From Diplonema japonicum (taxonomy: Eukaryota > Protista > Euglenozoa: Diplonemea): a DNA stretch of 64,000 bases. Made by a program: the position numbers and the translations under genes. Location: NCBI GenBank assembly GCA_964019335.1, contig OZ025654.1:372001-436000 (forward strand). Direction: 5' to 3'. Positions within the stretch are counted from its first letter, which is position 1, and each line of letters starts with the position of its first letter. Shown one piece after another: positions 18,521 through 29,984 of the stretch. The notes under the pieces are model-generated. The model had not been told where the DNA came from. It did not search any database and worked only from the letters and a program-made list of their open reading frames with translations.

Positions 18521-19438
18521 CTATAGTAGAACGGTTCTGGGGTATGCAGTGGGAGGAAGTTTGCAATGCAATACTCTCTCAAGAAAGCTGTCTAAGAAGC
18601 GCAAGGTGATGCGCTTCTCGTTGTACAGTCTCATGTAAGAGTTGGCGCAGGCTGCCTTCCAGGACCAGACTTCGACTGGGATGTCGTTCTTGAGTCCCGC
18701 AGTGACACAATCGTAGAAAGAAGTAGGGCGGTCGCCGTTGGTGTTGCCATCGCCCGTTACCAGTACCACAACGTCTTTGTCGTTAAGCATTTGGCGGAGA
18801 ACAGCGCTGTGGACCATCTCATCTACGGACACCTCACGGTTCGTGCGGGGGGTGAGGTGCGTCTCGAAGTGTTTCTCCCAATACCTCTTCCACTTGGGCG
18901 GCCCGTCATGCTGTTGGTACGATCCAAACGCGTAGGCGCTTCCCACTTCTCTGCCTCCGGAGATGATCTCCTTGATTTGTTCAATGTCCAGCATTGCGTC
19001 GTGCACAGGTACCCCGTGCACAATGTTCGAGATATCTACAAAAATGTGAATTCTTGTTCTCTTCGCCTCTGCCACTGCTGCGTTCAGCGTCCCGACGGAC
19101 GCTGCCGCGCTTTTCACATAATCTTTCACACGGTCCAGCCCTTCTGGTGACCTTCCACTCACAGCCAGCCCATACCTTGTAAGCTTCAACGCGCAGCCGC
19201 ATTTGCTTTCCAACACTTGCAAGCTGTTCCTCTCGCTCAGGCTTACATTCACCTCGTCGCATATCTTCACCAGATCGCGGCCAAGCCGCTCTTTATCTAG
19301 CTGTGACCTCATTTTCTGCTCCTCCACATACGATGACTTGCTTTTGTTCACGGCCTTTTGCAGCCTATCATCATCGTCTTTCCCGTACACTATTCTGAGA
19401 AGGGCCACTGGATCTATTTCACCTTGGTTCCCAGACAT
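18521..19438 (-). CDS. NYN (LabA/DUF88-type PIN fold) ribonuclease-like protein
   Basis: Motifs IHIFVDISNI, EVSVDEMV, VVVLVTGDGN and SFYDCV..GLKNDIPVEVWSW keep the acidic residues. Confidence 0.85.
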   Translation of the reverse strand: MSGNQGEIDPVALLRIVYGKDDDDRLQKAVNKSKSSYVEEQKMRSQLDKERLGRDLVKICDEVNVSLSERNSLQVLESKCGCALKLTRYGLAVSGRSPEGLDRVKDYVKSAAASVGTLNAAVAEAKRTRIHIFVDISNIVHGVPVHDAMLDIEQIKEIISGGREVGSAYAFGSYQQHDGPPKWKRYWEKHFETHLTPRTNREVSVDEMVHSAVLRQMLNDKDVVVLVTGDGNTNGDRPTSFYDCVTAGLKNDIPVEVWSWKAACANSYMRLYNEKRITLRFLDSFLERVLHCKLPPTAYPRTVLL

Positions 19439-19549
19439 GGCTAATTCTTCTTTTAATTATATTCTCTTCCTGTTATACAAAAAGCCCTTTTCTTTTCTTC
19501 CCTTTGATCCCCTTGTTTTGTTGTCCTGGAAAAAAAAGATTTTTACAGA

Positions 19550-21007
19550 CTAAGGTATCATTTTAAGAAGACGTTGGTGCTGAACGATCCAGGTGGAGAG
19601 GATGGCCTGCTGGTCCAGACGGATCGACAACATTGCGGGGGTGTCCGATGGGTTAGGTGGAAGGATATCGGCACAGTGCGTACCATTAGCGACCCAAAGA
19701 ACAGGGAGGGTAGGGGAAAGGCCAGAAGACACTCCTTGCGTTGCCCAGGGATCGGCAGTGCCGTACGTGAACAGCACATGCGATGTGAAAGCAGCGAGCT
19801 GCGAAACATGGTACAGCCCGAAGATGGTGGGGATCTCCGTCGGACTGACACGCACACCAGGGAAGAGCTTCCCACAGTACTCATCCATCCCGCGGACCGT
19901 CCAATTACTCGGCGGGAACATATCAGTAACATTATTATAACCAATAGGATGCATGACCTCGGTGCAAGCAAGGTAAATCCACATCTGCGCGTCAGGCGTG
20001 TTCGCCGCAAGGTTATACGCAGTCAGGTTAAGACAAGCCGGCCTTTCGGGAATCTGTATCAAATCCGTGAAAATCTGCAAATCGGAGATCTTGGATCTCT
20101 CGAACATATTCTGGCAATCCGTTGGTATACTCGACTCCGAGAAGGGGTACGCGAATTCCGCCCCACCTTGCAGCGTTGAGAACACCATGTTATAAACCGT
20201 TCCGGATGATTGGGAAGACGGCTTCTCGCAGATATTAAACACATCGGCGATCGATTCATCTGAAGATTGAAGTAAGGCCGCAAAGCCACGCCTCACAATA
20301 TCAGGACAACCTTCACTGAGAACCTCATATGTTTTCGTGACGCGGGCCGACCACGAGAACTGGTCCATCCCTGTCATGTTTATGTATCCAAGTAAAGGAG
20401 TGCTGCTAGCAACAGCACCTTGCACGGCATGGGGGTATCTTAACCTTGCAAGGGTTGCAAGTGTGCCACCTAACGATCCACCAAATGTGTATACTGGGCA
20501 ATTCCATGCATTGTAGAGCTGTCTAATATGTGTTATAACTGCTAATGTATCCCTTGCGCCCTGCTCGATGGATAGGTAACCAACGTGATCTTTGTCCGGT
20601 TGCATAGAAGTGTTCTTGTTGTTGTTGAAGGGGAAGCTTTCACCGAAATATCTGTGTTCCACGTACACCGTCATGCCGTGTAGGGAGAAGAACATGTTGG
20701 AGTACGACCCGTAGTCCCAGAACACGTCTTCTACGTTGCCGCCCTCTGCGCCCGTGAAGACGAAAATGGGGTTTTGCTTGTCTGCGCCCCCATTCCTGCT
20801 CCAGATTGTGTCGTTGAGCAAGAAGCGTTGTGTGATCCTCTCCGTTGCCATGTGGTTGAAATGGTCCAAAGGGTGCTCGATCGTCTTCACTACATACGGC
20901 TTCGACCCTTCCTCGTGACGTATTCTCTTGAAGCGTGGGTTCACCACATGAGCTGAAACTGTGCAAAGAAGCATTAATAGACAGACACAGAGGCTTCTCG
21001 TTTTCAT
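19550..21007 (-). CDS. Peptidase S28 (prolylcarboxypeptidase/DPP7-like), secreted or lysosomal
   Basis: Signal peptide; PLDHF, PIFVFTGAEG, EHRYFGES, nucleophile motif FGGSLGG, DPW and THCAD. Confidence 0.92.
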   Translation of the reverse strand: MKTRSLCVCLLMLLCTVSAHVVNPRFKRIRHEEGSKPYVVKTIEHPLDHFNHMATERITQRFLLNDTIWSRNGGADKQNPIFVFTGAEGGNVEDVFWDYGSYSNMFFSLHGMTVYVEHRYFGESFPFNNNKNTSMQPDKDHVGYLSIEQGARDTLAVITHIRQLYNAWNCPVYTFGGSLGGTLATLARLRYPHAVQGAVASSTPLLGYINMTGMDQFSWSARVTKTYEVLSEGCPDIVRRGFAALLQSSDESIADVFNICEKPSSQSSGTVYNMVFSTLQGGAEFAYPFSESSIPTDCQNMFERSKISDLQIFTDLIQIPERPACLNLTAYNLAANTPDAQMWIYLACTEVMHPIGYNNVTDMFPPSNWTVRGMDEYCGKLFPGVRVSPTEIPTIFGLYHVSQLAAFTSHVLFTYGTADPWATQGVSSGLSPTLPVLWVANGTHCADILPPNPSDTPAMLSIRLDQQAILSTWIVQHQRLLKMIP

Positions 21008-21181
21008 TTTCTTTCTTTCTTTTTCTTTTTTGTCAAACCTTTTTTATATTTCTTCTTCAGGCTTTTCTTCCTCTCTGTTTCCCCTCTCTAACAAAAAAAA
21101 GAATGAGATGGAAAAAAAAAAAAAAAAAAAGTGAGAACGAAAAAAAAAGAGGGGCTGTAAAGCCCCCCCGTCGCACCCGTA

Positions 21182-22012
21182 CTATTGCATAGCTTGTTGT
21201 GGTGGTTCTGTCCGTGGTTTCGTGATGTTGAGGCCTCTTGGGTACCCTTCTACGGCCATTTGTTCAGCGTGCTGTGCGGCCATGCACCCCATAGCTGCCA
21301 TGTAGGCTATGTCGGAGGCAAGTTCGAGCTCCCTGCAGTCCAGACACATGGCGAGGATACAGAAGATCATGTGGAGGTGAATAAGAATGGTATCGCAGCA
21401 GGTGTCCTCCACCCCGTAGTGAACCTGCACCATGAAGCGGTTGCCGTGCATTGCGAGGAAGGGGCAACAGGCGGCCTCAAGGCAGAGGCAGAACTCCTCG
21501 TTCCCGTCGGTCTTGCTTTTGAGGAAATCCGGTCCGCAGAGCCCAGCACAGCACACGTAGCGTTCCCAGTTTTGAGGGTTTTCTTCGGTCATGAGAAGGG
21601 CGCTTCTTTGTTTGTACACTGCGCAAGGTCCACACCAGGCAGCACCGCAAAACCATTTTGGTTGCTGTGTTATCGCACCGCACAGCCCCACAACCCATTC
21701 TTCGTGGTTGTCCATATGCTCCTTGAATCCATCCTGGGGTGCTTGATACCACCATCCTCCATTGCTAGGTGCACCGCTCCTGGGCTGTCCATAACCTTGG
21801 TGGTGGTGTGGTTGTTGCTGTTGTTGTTGAATTTGTTGGTTGTGGTAGTGGGGTTGCTGCAACGGGACCCCTCCTGCCTGCGCGTCGTAGTAACTGAACA
21901 CAAGTGTCCCCGGCTGTAGAGGGTAGCTGTACCCTGGCGGCACTGGAGGCAAGCCTTGTTTCCATGAACTTGGAACTTGAGGCTGCGGCTGCGCTATGTG
22001 GTGCTGGTTCAT
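21182..22012 (-). CDS. PLAC8-family Cys-rich protein with Gln/Pro-rich N-terminus
   Basis: W..GLC, WCGPC, CLCLEAACCP and NRFMVQ motifs. Confidence 0.8.
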   Translation of the reverse strand: MNQHHIAQPQPQVPSSWKQGLPPVPPGYSYPLQPGTLVFSYYDAQAGGVPLQQPHYHNQQIQQQQQQPHHHQGYGQPRSGAPSNGGWWYQAPQDGFKEHMDNHEEWVVGLCGAITQQPKWFCGAAWCGPCAVYKQRSALLMTEENPQNWERYVCCAGLCGPDFLKSKTDGNEEFCLCLEAACCPFLAMHGNRFMVQVHYGVEDTCCDTILIHLHMIFCILAMCLDCRELELASDIAYMAAMGCMAAQHAEQMAVEGYPRGLNITKPRTEPPQQAMQ

Positions 22013-22132
22013 TGGTTTTGTGTAAAAAAAAAAAAAAAAAAAAAAGAAAATCCTGAAAAAAAACTGTAAAATGTCCAGACAAAGGAAATTACACCGACAA
22101 AAGAGGAACCGGCCGTTGTTTTGTACGTGCCG

Positions 22133-22221
22133 GGTAAAACCTGGAGAAGTTTGTCAACCCGAAACACGTTGCCAACGTTCCCCTTTTGTTTAGACAAGTC
22201 AAAGACTCGTTCTTGCAGAAA
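22133..22221. repeat. Dispersed repeat family B (full copy ~51284-51373; partial ~1860, ~7345, ~57835)
   Basis: gtaaaacctggagaagtttgt.aacccgaa.cacgttgcca..cgttccc.ttttgtttagacaagtcaaagactcgttcttgca is shared. Confidence 0.85.
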
Positions 22222-24338
22222 ATGGCATTTCATCTAGTATTTGTACTTGTTTTGTTTTTTACTTTCCCCCATTGTTTTCTTTTCTTTTAGCTGTACCCTG
22301 GCGGCACTGGAGGCAACAATCTAGCCTTGTTTCAATGTGAACGAGCGAAACCCCCTCTGGCCCCCTTCCCCTTTGACAGGGTAGTGCCATATCTTATAGT
22401 TGTATTGTTCCATATTTCGAAACGCAACTTTGAGCACAAGAACCGAACAGCAAAGAATAGTTTCCCGCTGTACAAGGTTTTGCGATGAGTTCGCCAGGGC
22501 TTTAAAAAAACTAAAAATAAAAATAAGTAAACATGATGCCTTTTTTCTTTTTTTTTTTTTTTCAGAAGAGGTTTTAAAAAAAAAATGAAAATGAAAATGA
22601 AACAAGGGGAGGAATGTAGGATACCGTATTTGAAAGGGAAAAAAAAAAAAAAGAGAAAGATACTTTGAACTACCTTTTTTAGTCTTCTTCTTCTTCTTTT
22701 TTTATTTCTTCTTTTCCATTGTTGTTTTTTTTTTTTTTTTTTTGTCCCAAATTTAGGTCGCAGAAATACGGTGCAAATACTGCAAAACGAAAAAAAAAGA
22801 TCTTTGGGAAAAGGGAAAAAAAAGAAGAAAAAGAAAGGGATAGCTTTTTCTTTTTTTCATTTTGGTGAATAGTAGTAGAAAAGGAAATAATAATAGAAAA
22901 TTCAGTATCCCCGGGTAAATGTGGTATAAAAAAAAAAAGAAAAGGTAGAAGGGAAAAATGGGAATTTAAAAAAAAAAAGAAAAAAAAAGTCATTTGTTAA
23001 TTGCTGCTTTTACGGAAAATTTGGCAAAGTTTTGGCGAAGGTAGCATGTATGCTTGGGCTATATAGATAGAAGTTGCCATGTTTTTTTTTTTTCTTTTTT
23101 TTTTTTTTTTCTTAAAAAAATCTCTCCTAGAAGAAATGGTTGAAGTGTGTTAAAGCAACAGAGCAGGCTACGGTTTCTAGTTATTGGGAAGTTATAAAAA
23201 ATTGGAAAAGCCGGAGTGGAGGGAAACAATAGACTTAAAGAGGGCCAGGTAGTAGATGCGGTGCGAGATTCAAGCCAAAAGACCCGAGCTCAACACCTAT
23301 GGTCTTATCCCCTTATTACAAGTGTCAGCGAGTAAGAAAAAAAAGAGAAAAATATAAGGTACAAAGAGCCGGAAGAAAGCGAAAAAAAATAAGAAAATAG
23401 GGGCAATGAAAAATGGCACAAAAGAAAAGGAGATAATAAAGGTAATGCACGAAGAGGGGGGGGGGGGGGGGGGAAACCAGAATTTTTTAAAAAATATTTT
23501 TCATTTTCTTATCTCGGATTAAAAAAAAGAAAAAGTTATTTGAAAACCATATGCCTGTTATTTCTTTTTTTTCTCTTTCTTTTCCTTCAAAAAAAAAAAG
23601 GATTAAGGAAATATAATTCAAAAAAAAGTTGTCTCGATTTTAGTGGTGCCATGCAGTATGTGACACAGCGGCCACCCTTGTGAAACTTCGCCCCGAAGCC
23701 TCCCAAGTCCCCTGTGGTCCCGTAGAAAGTAAAAGTGGAGAGGTAAAGAAAGCTTGGAAATTGAAATAGGGAGAGGGGCCACAGAAGCAATTAAACACCA
23801 ACTGGAGAGTTGTGGGAGGCTTGCTTCACTGGCACGATGCCGCGGGGAGGCTACTTGCCTGACCTGGTGAAGCCACCTCCTTGTTCGATGTAATGGGATA
23901 AGGGACTCTCCGTTGAGGGCGATGCTAACTGGCGCCACGCGTAGGGTGGGCTCTCCACCCCCGTCCAGGTTTCCCCACGTGTACGGCTTTAGAACGAGAG
24001 TTTCCCTTTCGCTTGTGTTTCTCCAAACCACAATTACCAGGAACCACCACAGGAGGTTGGAAACATTGGTCCCCTAAAAAAAAAAAAAAACCTTCTACTT
24101 TTTATTTTTCTTTCATTGAATTTTTCCTCTTTTTTCTTTTTTTTGAAGTAAAAAGAAAAATAAATAAAAAAAATGCTCTGCTGCTGTTAGGAAAAAAAAA
24201 AAAAAAAAACGAAAAAAAAATGAATCAAAAAAAAAAAAAAAAAAACTCCAGGGAAAGCAAAAAAAAAAAAAAAAAAATGGTGTAAATAAACTTCCACGCA
24301 CGAAGCAACAAAAAAAAAAAAAAAAAAATCATTTTTCA

Positions 24339-25199
24339 TCACACAAACCACGTGCAACCCGAAGTGTCGACAAACAGTTTTCCATCAGGGTTTGCAGCAG
24401 CAAGCGCAGAAAGCGGCAACGCCCCCACAGGAGGCGGCGGCGCTCCTGCAGCAGCAATAACACCAGCAGTCGAAAAAGGCAAGGTAGGGCTCGGCTGGTA
24501 CCCAGACAAAGGAACTGCAGTCTGCCGCAGCAACTGTGCCTGAATCTGCTGGATCTGCGCTGCCTGCTGCACCTGAGTCTGTTGCGTTTGCTGCTGCTGT
24601 TCCACAAGATGAGCTTGGCGCCGCGCCTCCTGCTGCTTCTTCTTACCCTGAGGGCCATACACCTGCAAAACAGGGTTCGGGTCAAGGTTGCTCCTCACCT
24701 GGTAAAGACCGTGTGCAAAGGCACACCGATCCCCAAACTGGCATGGCTGCCCAGTAGAATAATTCCTGCACACTTTAGTCCGGAACTTTGCCAGATCAAC
24801 AGCTGGTGCGCCTTTAGGGCGATCGTCGTTAGGGTCTTGTTCACCGTTAGCCATCACCCGCTCAGGGTCTTGTGCTTGAGGGTCTGAACGTGAAGTAGCA
24901 GCGCCCCCATCGCTGTTGATCTCCGCACCCCATCTTCCGCCAGATAAAACAGGAACTCCCGTCTCGGTGCTGCTTCCACTTCCCGCGGAAGATTCCCTCG
25001 GCTGTACTGTCGTGGGTGGCGGCTGGCTTGGTGCCATGGGTCGGTCTGTTACTTGGTTTGCCTCGTGCTCATGGTCATTTTCCCTTTCCCCCAACTGGCC
25101 CAGGTCTTTCAGAAGATCCCCCAACATGTTCAAAGAGAGACTATCCAGCTGTGGGGACTCGGCAGTCGAACCTTCATCAGTGTTGTGGAATGGGGACAT
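24339..25199 (-). CDS. CCCH zinc-finger RNA-binding protein (single finger)
   Basis: KFRTKVCRNYSTGQPCQFGDRCAFAH (C-x8-C-x5-C-x3-H with a TIS11-like lead-in) followed by a Gln-rich tail. Confidence 0.9.
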   Translation of the reverse strand: MSPFHNTDEGSTAESPQLDSLSLNMLGDLLKDLGQLGERENDHEHEANQVTDRPMAPSQPPPTTVQPRESSAGSGSSTETGVPVLSGGRWGAEINSDGGAATSRSDPQAQDPERVMANGEQDPNDDRPKGAPAVDLAKFRTKVCRNYSTGQPCQFGDRCAFAHGLYQVRSNLDPNPVLQVYGPQGKKKQQEARRQAHLVEQQQQTQQTQVQQAAQIQQIQAQLLRQTAVPLSGYQPSPTLPFSTAGVIAAAGAPPPPVGALPLSALAAANPDGKLFVDTSGCTWFV

Positions 25200-25669
25200 G
25201 ATGTGTGTGTTTTTTTTTTTTTTTTTCTCTTTTTTTTTTCATTTTTTTTCGTTTAGTTACGATTGTGGGGGGGAATACGGAAGAGTGGGAGGGAGGAATA
25301 TTCATTGTTTTGTTTGTTTGTTGTCTGCTTTCTTCTTTTTTTTTCTCCACATGTTTATATTATTACATTTTATTGCTTTTTGGACGGGGGGGGGGGGGAA
25401 TTCAGATTTTCTTTTTAAACCGAAAAAAAGGCGCTTTTACAGGACCATTGGCTTCGCGGCAGAGTGGAAGGTATTTTATCGACCGATACCTTGCTTGTCA
25501 CGTGACCCAAGTCCTCGTTTGTCACGTGACCCCAGCCTTTGCTTACCGGAGGTTCGCTGCTATCAAACCTAAGGTCCTGCTTTTGTTTGTGCACAGCCGG
25601 GATTAACCTGTAGAAGGATAAGCCCAACAATGCTACCACTACTCTTTTTAGCACTTCCGGACTATGCGT

Positions 25670-26192
25670 TTTTGCGCTCACCGGCCGCTCTGTACTTAGT
25701 CCCCGTTGTCCCCGTTCTGGGGGCTCTGCCGGGTTCCTACTGCGGTGGTCAAACTACGAGGCAGCCTTGTCGGGGTCTGCGACAGGTACGTGTCACGCAA
25801 GCCTTCGATGCTGCTCAAGGTTCGCTCCGGGAGTACTGGCCTCCTGTCATACCCGTGTGTGGTCGGTCCTCCTATACAGCGCAGGGAGTTGACCCGCGCT
25901 GCTGGGAACGCCGTCCTTCTGCCATCAGCGTGGTACAGGTCCTGGACACGTCTCAGCACATACCTCAGCCTCCTTGCCTTGACGCCCAGGTTCTCCACCT
26001 TGCCCACTTCCCCACACTGTCGTCTAGCGGCAGCTCCATCTCCCGCTCGAAGTCGAGGGCAAGCTCCAGCGTCGTTACCGTCGTGTGTCCAGGGGCGTCA
26101 TCCCACAGCAAGCCACTCAACCACCTCAGCATCGGCCCCAGCAGCCTGTCCATCACCTTCCCCGATGCTCCCAGCCCACGCAATTCGGCCAC
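25670..26192 (-). mobile_element. 5'-truncated, frameshifted retroelement-like fragment
   Basis: GC-rich coding-like island in A/T DNA with overlapping ORF pieces (TVTTLELALDFE; ends QNGDNGD*). Its 3' terminus ggccggtgagcgcaaaa also occurs at ~5941-5957. Confidence 0.5.
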
Positions 26193-26398
26193 CAAAAAAA
26201 AAAAAAAAAAAGAAGAGATGAGATAAAGGAGGTTCCTGTTTTTGAAACGTCCCCCCTTGTCTCTACTTATCTACCCTTTTGGGGAAAAGAAAATTAGAAA
26301 AAAAAGGAAAAGGAAAAAGGAAAACCACTCCATCCTTTTTTTTTTTCTTCTTTTTTTTGCATCATGAGAATAAGAGAAATGGGGAGGGGAAGAAATTT

Positions 26399-26436
<38 letters not shown>

Positions 26437-26538
26437 CTTTTCTTTTTTTCGTGCGCACTAACCCTACAAAGGTTATGCAAGCTATTGCTAACTATAGTTG
26501 CTAGCAGTCACTTGGGAAATGGGGAGGGGAAGAATTAT

Positions 26539-26583
<45 letters not shown>

Positions 26584-27198
26584 CCACACGAAGAAAGAAA
26601 AGTGATAGAAGCTATCCTCTTTTTTTCTTTCTCCGTGTGTTTGGTTAGATAGAGAAGAAAAATAGATTAAATTCAAATATTATCTGGCACTGAAAGAAGG
26701 GGGGGGAATGAAAAAAGAGAAGAAACCATCGCATCAAAGAACCCCCCCCCCCCCCCCCCTCCCCTGCCAAGTTTCTTTTTAAAAAAACAGAAATCCTGTT
26801 TTCTTGTCTTTGGTTAAGGGGCTTATTAAAAAAAGAAAGCAAAAAGAGACAGAAGTCCCTCGCATTTCTTTTTCTTCTTTTGTATTGGTTTGCTTTTTTT
26901 CTTTTTTTTTTTAAACTTAACTCACAAAGGACCGGATCTGACATATCAGTCAAAAAAGAAGGAAAAAAAAAGAGTCGGCTGATTGTTTGTGCAAGCCTAT
27001 CAATTCCAACAAACCGAAGTATAAACCGAGAGCAAGTTCTCGAGCAATGCAAAGCCCGCTGTTTTATTTTCTTTCCGGCGAAGAAGTATTTATGACTTTT
27101 ATATGTCTTTTGTTGTTAGCACGAGCAAAAAGAGATTTTAAGCTTGCGAAAGCTTTTTTTTTCTTTTTTTTTGTCTCGGCACAAGTTTGTTTATAAAA

Positions 27199-27235
<37 letters not shown>

Positions 27236-27302
27236 AAAAAGATTTACAAACAAAAAAAAAGTCAAAAAATCTCTCTCTTTTTTTTTTTTTTTTAGGCCGG
27301 AA

Positions 27303-27345
<43 letters not shown>

Positions 27346-27454
27346 AGCCGGTCCTTTATGGGGTTAAAAGAAACAAATTAGAAGAAAAAAAAAGAAAAAA
27401 GACATATTGGCATGCAGTGAAGGGACATCATTTTTGCTCTGCGTAAGAGCTGCA

Positions 27455-27660
27455 CAGGGAATAAGGCCCTCCCGGACCGAACCTTCTAGTACAACTCCTC
27501 CAGGTGCTGTCCGCATCAGGCAAGAGGCACCCTTCAAGGGCTCCTACTCGCGTCCTAGTAGGTCGGAGAGTACCGTGCCCAACCACTGTCTTCGCATTTG
27601 CTCTGTGGACAAGGCTATGGAAGAGCCAGGTCCTTCGCGGCTCCTGCAAAAAAAAAAAAG
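27455..27660 (+). mobile_element. Retroposon-like 3' remnant ending in poly(A)
   Basis: Near-identity with 17967-18080; ends ...cggctcctgc followed by an A run. Confidence 0.55.
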
Positions 27661-27725
27661 ATTAACGACTTTTTTTTAAAGTCTTAAAGTCTCCCGCCTC
27701 GAATTTAAAAAAATTGAGTACCCAC

Positions 27726-29096
27726 TCAATCTTTCAACGCACAGGACCTCGCGACACAATTAGAAGACGCAGTGAGCAGCATCCCCCCGGACACATCAAA
27801 CGAGTAGATGATGTCCCTCTCAGGCGACGCGTGAAAAAAACCAGGCAGCGCAGGTTCATTCGAATGAAATGTCACCCCACCATCCCGCCCAGCTGTCAAC
27901 AGATACCCACCATGGTACCCCACACAATGCGCAGGCCTGTGCGTCCTGCTACAAGACACAGCACTACGCGACAACAACGACCACACCACCAACTCGCTGT
28001 TCATCGAAACGGACGCGAGATACGACCCATCAGGAGAGAAAGCTATCGACCACACCGTCGCAGTATGCTGCCCTTTTAAAACAGCGGCTTCCTTCCCCGA
28101 CCGAACCTCATAAATAACAACGGGAAATCCAACACCATCACCAGACAGAGCAACATACCGTCCGCACGGCGAGAAATCACATGTTAAAACCTTTGTCAAC
28201 ATTGTGTTCAAAGGGCCCCGTTCCGTTCCTGTGATAACGTCCCACAAAACACCCTTCGCGTCCAGCCCACCTGTTACGATAATATCAGGCGACATGGAAA
28301 CTGCGTATATTCGCGACATGTGGGAAGCGAGGTTTTTCTGTAATATCAGATTCCCGTTGTTTGTCACGCTCCATATTTTTCCCAAATGATCATCGCCGCC
28401 TGTTACAATAAGATTCTCAGAAGGATGCGATGCAAGGGATAAGACGAATCCTGTCCCGTGTGCGTGTTGCTCATTGTGGAGAAGGGAGTCTTTTCCGGTG
28501 GTGGTGGTGGTGGACCATATACGGACGGAGCCGTCTCTGCCGCATGATGCGAACATGTCGGTAGGGTTCGAACGGAGAAACTTCGCGCCGTAAACGGGGC
28601 CGTCGTGGGAGTACTGTTTGAAATGTTGTGTTGGTTCGCTTGGTGTCTCGTAGGCGGTGTTTGACTTAACAGACAACAACAGGCTTGGTTCCTCATCCTC
28701 AATGGAACGTGCTGTGTGTAGAATTGTGTTGAAGGTTGCGTCGTCATCAATATCGATGAGGTCCCCTTCATCGTCTCGATAGGTTACTTGTAAGATAGTC
28801 TCTTCGTCTTGCACTTCCTTCATAAAGCCTTGTAGGGAGCTGCCCTTGCGTACTTTTATTTTTTTCTGGACGCCCTTATCGCCCATTACTACGACAGAGA
28901 CCTCGTCCGCTATTAGGCTCCATGCGTCCCGCCAGTTTCCTTGGCCGTGGTTGTCTTTCCAACATCTTTTGAAGTCGTGCCGGGTGATGTCCTTGCAAAC
29001 CTTTTTCGTAAAGGAAAGGAGCGCCTCTGATCGAGTGTAACCATTATCAGCGGTGAAGGGGTGGGATTTGTTTTGGTAATAGAAGTTGTGTAGCAT
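27726..29096 (-). CDS. PB1-domain plus WD40-repeat protein
   Basis: Likely start MLHNFYY (ATG 29096). PB1 acidic motif VTYRDDEGDLIDI; about 7 WD repeats (ASCGRDGSVRIW, VTGGDDHLGKIW, VWSIAFSPDGSYLAS). Confidence 0.88.
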   Translation of the reverse strand: MLHNFYYQNKSHPFTADNGYTRSEALLSFTKKVCKDITRHDFKRCWKDNHGQGNWRDAWSLIADEVSVVVMGDKGVQKKIKVRKGSSLQGFMKEVQDEETILQVTYRDDEGDLIDIDDDATFNTILHTARSIEDEEPSLLLSVKSNTAYETPSEPTQHFKQYSHDGPVYGAKFLRSNPTDMFASCGRDGSVRIWSTTTTTGKDSLLHNEQHAHGTGFVLSLASHPSENLIVTGGDDHLGKIWSVTNNGNLILQKNLASHMSRIYAVSMSPDIIVTGGLDAKGVLWDVITGTERGPLNTMLTKVLTCDFSPCGRYVALSGDGVGFPVVIYEVRSGKEAAVLKGQHTATVWSIAFSPDGSYLASVSMNSELVVWSLLSRSAVSCSRTHRPAHCVGYHGGYLLTAGRDGGVTFHSNEPALPGFFHASPERDIIYSFDVSGGMLLTASSNCVARSCALKD

Positions 29097-29984
29097 GTCT
29101 TTTTTTTTTTTTTTTGGACGTGGGGGGGGCGGGTTTTTGCCCTCGCCCTTTTTCCTCTCCCTTTTTTTTTTGTTGTGTGATAATTTTGATTTTTTGTAAC
29201 TCAAAAAAAAAGGGGGGGGGGATACGGGGGAGGGGGGGAAAAAAAAAGGGGAGATAAAAAAGAAATATTGCCATTTTTTTTTCTTTTATTTTTCCGCGGG
29301 AAAATAATTCGTTTTTTTTTTTTTTTCTTCCCCTCCCCCCGAAGCGCCGAGAAAGAAAAAAAAAAACACAAGATAACGAGCGCTTTTTTTAGTTTTATAT
29401 CTTGCAAGGGAATTTGGACGGCGTTGTGTTTTTCCTCCATTCGGAGGACCGCGCAGTTGTATTTTTCTGCTTTTTTTTTTTTTTTTTTGAAAAAAAAGCC
29501 GAGCCAAAAACCTAAGTTTTCCCGTTCTTTAAAGGCGAGGTTGAGGATATGGAAAAAAAAAAAAACAAAGAAAAAAAAGAAGAACTTTCAAAAAAAAAAA
29601 AAAAAAAAGTACTTTTCTTCCTTCGCTCGAACAGGGGGAGGGTCAGGGGGGAAAAAAAAATTGCACATGGATCTCAAGAAATCACAAAAAAAAAAGCCCC
29701 CCTGAGGAGTGTAGCAGAGAAGAGCTGGGTCTGAGAGACAAGTGAACGAAATCTGCCAAAGCTGCTGTAGCTTTTGTACAACAATTTTCTTTTGTTTCTT
29801 TTTTTTCTATAAAGAAAACACTACGAGCTGCGCGCAAAGCCACCTTTTTTTTTTCTTCTTTCTTTTCTTTTTTTTTTTTCTACCTTCTTTTTTTTCTCCT
29901 TCTTTAATTCCATTAATTAAAATGGATTTCCGTTCTATCCGATTATAATACTCAAAAAAAAAAAAAAAAGAAAAGACTCCTTCA

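Noticed and set aside
23640-24060. GC-richer island with ORF 23618..24031, possibly a retroelement remnant
   Set aside because: No second copy in the window and no convincing motif.
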